From contig NW_008709540.1 in the NCBI RefSeq assembly GCF_000327385.1, forward strand, positions 24,238-88,237: a DNA stretch of 64,000 nucleotides, given 5' to 3'. The notes beneath the pieces are model-generated. The model was given only the letters and a program-made list of their open reading frames with translations. It did no database searches and was not told where the DNA came from. Shown here piece after piece: positions 61,632-64,000 of the stretch (positions are counted from its first letter, which is position 1; every line of letters begins with the position of its first letter). The translations under genes were made by a program, and so were the position numbers. Origin of the DNA: Lottia gigantea (taxonomy: Eukaryota).

Positions 61632-62882
61632 GGTGATACTGGATTATCGAAGATGATTTCAACTCTGTGTTAAATTCAGATGTTAGTCAACACTGATCTT
61701 CACAAACCAATGATCACATCAGAATTCTAGCCAGTATTTATACAGATTTAGTTCAGATTGATTTTAACATTAAATCATCTAATTTCACCAACAGTTGGAT
61801 AGTAAAATATCGAATTCCATATTTCATTATTATTTTATTATTCGGGGCTTCAATATTATACCATTTATTTGATAGTTTTAGGGATCAAGTTTGTGTGAAT
61901 AACAATTTTACTGCTCACAAATAGAGTGTACCTGGCGGCGACAGTGGGGGTACTGGGGCATTTACCTCCCTAGAAAAATGGTTTGCACCTCCAGAATTCA
62001 GAATACAGGAAAGGATATGTTAAAAATCAGATTTCCCGGGGAAGGGGTCCAAATCCACTGAAGACTACAGCCCTCAATAATATATTTGAGCCACTGAACA
62101 CTGAGCCCACGTAGAGTTAATGACAGATCAACAGTGGGGTACTAAGATATAGAATTCTATTTTTCATCAATATTGTATGAAATGGGCTGTATATTATCTG
62201 GGTTGGTGGAATAGTTCTCAGCCTAAATGGGATATCTTAATTGGATTGAAAAATTGGATTTTCCGGAAGCAATCAATGACATAAAAACAGTATTAGTGTC
62301 TTTGTACCACGACTGTACGATTGTTTTCTAAAAACTGAAAGAGCATGGATTCTCTAAACAATTTTTGAGAAATATAGAAAGAGATAGCAGCTAAGAACAG
62401 GCTTTATGTTGAAATATCTCCAAGTTTATAGAGTGCCCCATGTCTGTCAAATAGATGCAAAAGTGTTCATTTATATATCCGCAATTCACTATTTTTTAAA
62501 GGGACTAGTGCACTATTTTTTTTTGACCAATAATACTTTAGTCTCAGGAACGGGAATTTTTTAGCTAAGCAAATCAGTAAAAGCGTTCAAAGCTCATCGT
62601 CGAAATTTGAGCCTTAAAATCCATGTGTATCAAGAATTATCCGCGTTTCAATGTTAAAATGACGACTCGTCAATTTAAGATACTCTGTGATATATAGAAA
62701 ATATATATATAGAAATAGTGAGTAAAATTCCTAGTTTGATGTATTAAAAGGAATTATGCGATTTCATATATTCAAGACTAAAATCAACGCCCCAAAATAG
62801 CGCGTCTGTCACTTTAAGTATCTCAACGAAGAAAAGGTACATTATCCAGTAGCATCAGACATGTGAAGATTTACTTAATTTC

Positions 62883-63060
62883 GTGTCAAAATGTCCCAAA
62901 CAATATGTAGGAGAAACTAGAAATAATTTACTCACTCGTTTTACGGCTCATAGATCAGATATCAAGTTAAAGAAAGACGAGACAGTTTCTAATCATTTCA
63001 ACTTGGACGACCATTCATCAGACGATCATATCCTACCCCCCTTTGAGAGCATAGTAATTG
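62883..63060 (+). pseudogene. Fragment of a GIY-YIG endonuclease-like domain (…CPKQYVGETRNNLLTRFTAHRSDIKLKKDETVSNHFNLDDH…). It is probably a remnant of a Penelope-like or other GIY-YIG-bearing transposable element.
   Basis: The motif spacing Y-V-G-E-T…R…R…(E/A)H…(~10)…V…HF… is characteristic of GIY-YIG. The ORF is short and is not associated with an RT ORF in this window. Confidence 0.35.
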
Positions 63061-63935
63061 ACTTGCCAGAAGATGAAACTACAAAATTCTGTCAAGCTGG
63101 GGAAGAAATACATCCGATGTGGCCAAGTCAGACTTCCACCTGTTTCCCAAAATCAAAAAGGAGTAAGACAGTCGCCATTACCCTATCCTAGCATCGCTGG
63201 CAAAAGAGTGAAAGCCTTGGAGAAGCTCGTGTAGTGCTTCTCAATCGGGTTCCAAATGCATAGGTGTGGGGGTGGTTTTGGGGTACAGACTGGTTTGCCC
63301 GAAAAGGGTTGAGATGTTGGGCGAAGTCCGCTATTTTTCGGTGAATTTTCTTTCAGAACTTAATTATTTTTAGAACATCACCCAAAAACATTACTTGTCT
63401 GACCGAGATTTATGTCGGTGCCCGAAAAGATAATATTTAAGCTGTTCCTTGTTTTATGTTTATTCTAGGTGGTATTAATAAGAAACCATGGGTCCAGTTT
63501 TCAAAACACATCAATACATTTTTGGAAAAAAATAAAATTTGAGACAATTAATTTATTTTGGTAGACAACAATATCAGTTTTTGGGTTCTTCATAATTAAC
63601 ATTTTAAATACATACATTCTGGAATTAAATTGACTAAAGTTCATAGATCATACTGCTGACATGTGTTTCAGATACACAGTCCTCGTCAGAACAGCTAGTG
63701 CTGGAAAAGGGGTTAACCTTTCATTAAATGACTTAAAGTTAGCTCACTGATTGAAGCTGATATCATGCTTTCTAGGCTGATGTGTTTTTGATACACAATC
63801 TTCGTCAGGATAGCTAGTTTGAAAATGTATTGTCTTACAAAAACTGTCCAAATCTGGTATGGTTTTGGGCGTTCGAAACAATAAAGTCGTGCATGCTTTA
63901 TATGAAAAAACCCTAGTCTGATATTTATATTGAAG

Positions 63936-64000
63936 TTAAGGTAGGCACATTTTCATAAAAACCTTAGACAAATGTGTTTCGTCGGGTATTAACTCAGATG
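63936..64000 (-). CDS. Third PAN/apple-like family member, copy C, 3' end only: ...SSELIPDETHLSKVFMKMCLP*. It is truncated by the window edge.
   Basis: The reverse complement of 63936-64000 is near-identical to copy A positions 56680-56740 (SSELIPDETHLSKVFMKVCQH*). The downstream ~380-bp flank (63540-63935) is an inverted copy of A's 3' flank (56741-57140). Confidence 0.55.
   Translation of the reverse strand, partial: SELIPDETHLSKVFMKMCLP

Noticed and set aside
1-64000. Interpretation as a prokaryotic accessory region with operons.
   Set aside because: The genes are split by GT-AG introns and encode metazoan proteins (MVP, START-domain and WD40 ciliary proteins). A tRNA-derived SINE and MITEs are present. 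No Shine-Dalgarno-led, tightly packed ORFs are seen.

Overview
This window is not prokaryotic. It is AT-rich metazoan (invertebrate-type) nuclear DNA: the genes are interrupted by GT-AG introns, and their introns are packed with minisatellites, MITE-like hairpins and a tRNA-derived SINE.

From sequence and homology I can support four genes and one gene family:
- **Novel single-exon ORF, 5151-6167 (-).** Intronless, GC-rich, 338 aa, Pro/Tyr/Arg-rich with two PPPY motifs and no Cys or Trp.
- **CFAP57/WDR65-like gene, ~9010 to >=32416 (-).** A large multi-exon gene encoding a WD40 plus coiled-coil cilia/flagella protein. Four different minisatellites sit in its introns.
- **STARD7-like START-domain gene, 33747-37738 (+).** All 8 coding exons resolved. 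It lies head-to-head with the CFAP57-like gene across a ~1.3 kb putative bidirectional promoter.
- **Major vault protein (MVP) gene, ~40079 to >=52223 (-).** Intron-rich, with at least 14 exons resolved and the first coding exon not found. Five different minisatellites sit in its introns.
- **PAN/apple-like secreted cysteine-rich protein family, ~55380-64000.** Two complete convergent (inverted-duplicate) paralogues plus the 3' end of a third copy at the window edge.

The most interesting feature is the PAN-like family. Promoter, signal peptide and basic propeptide are conserved between copies, while the Cys-rich mature domain is strongly diverged and one copy carries a SINE in its intron.

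The many long ORFs in the six-frame track that fall inside tandem repeats are artefacts of stop-free repeat units. No CRISPR, operons or rRNA/tRNA genes are present; the one tRNA-like sequence is a SINE head.
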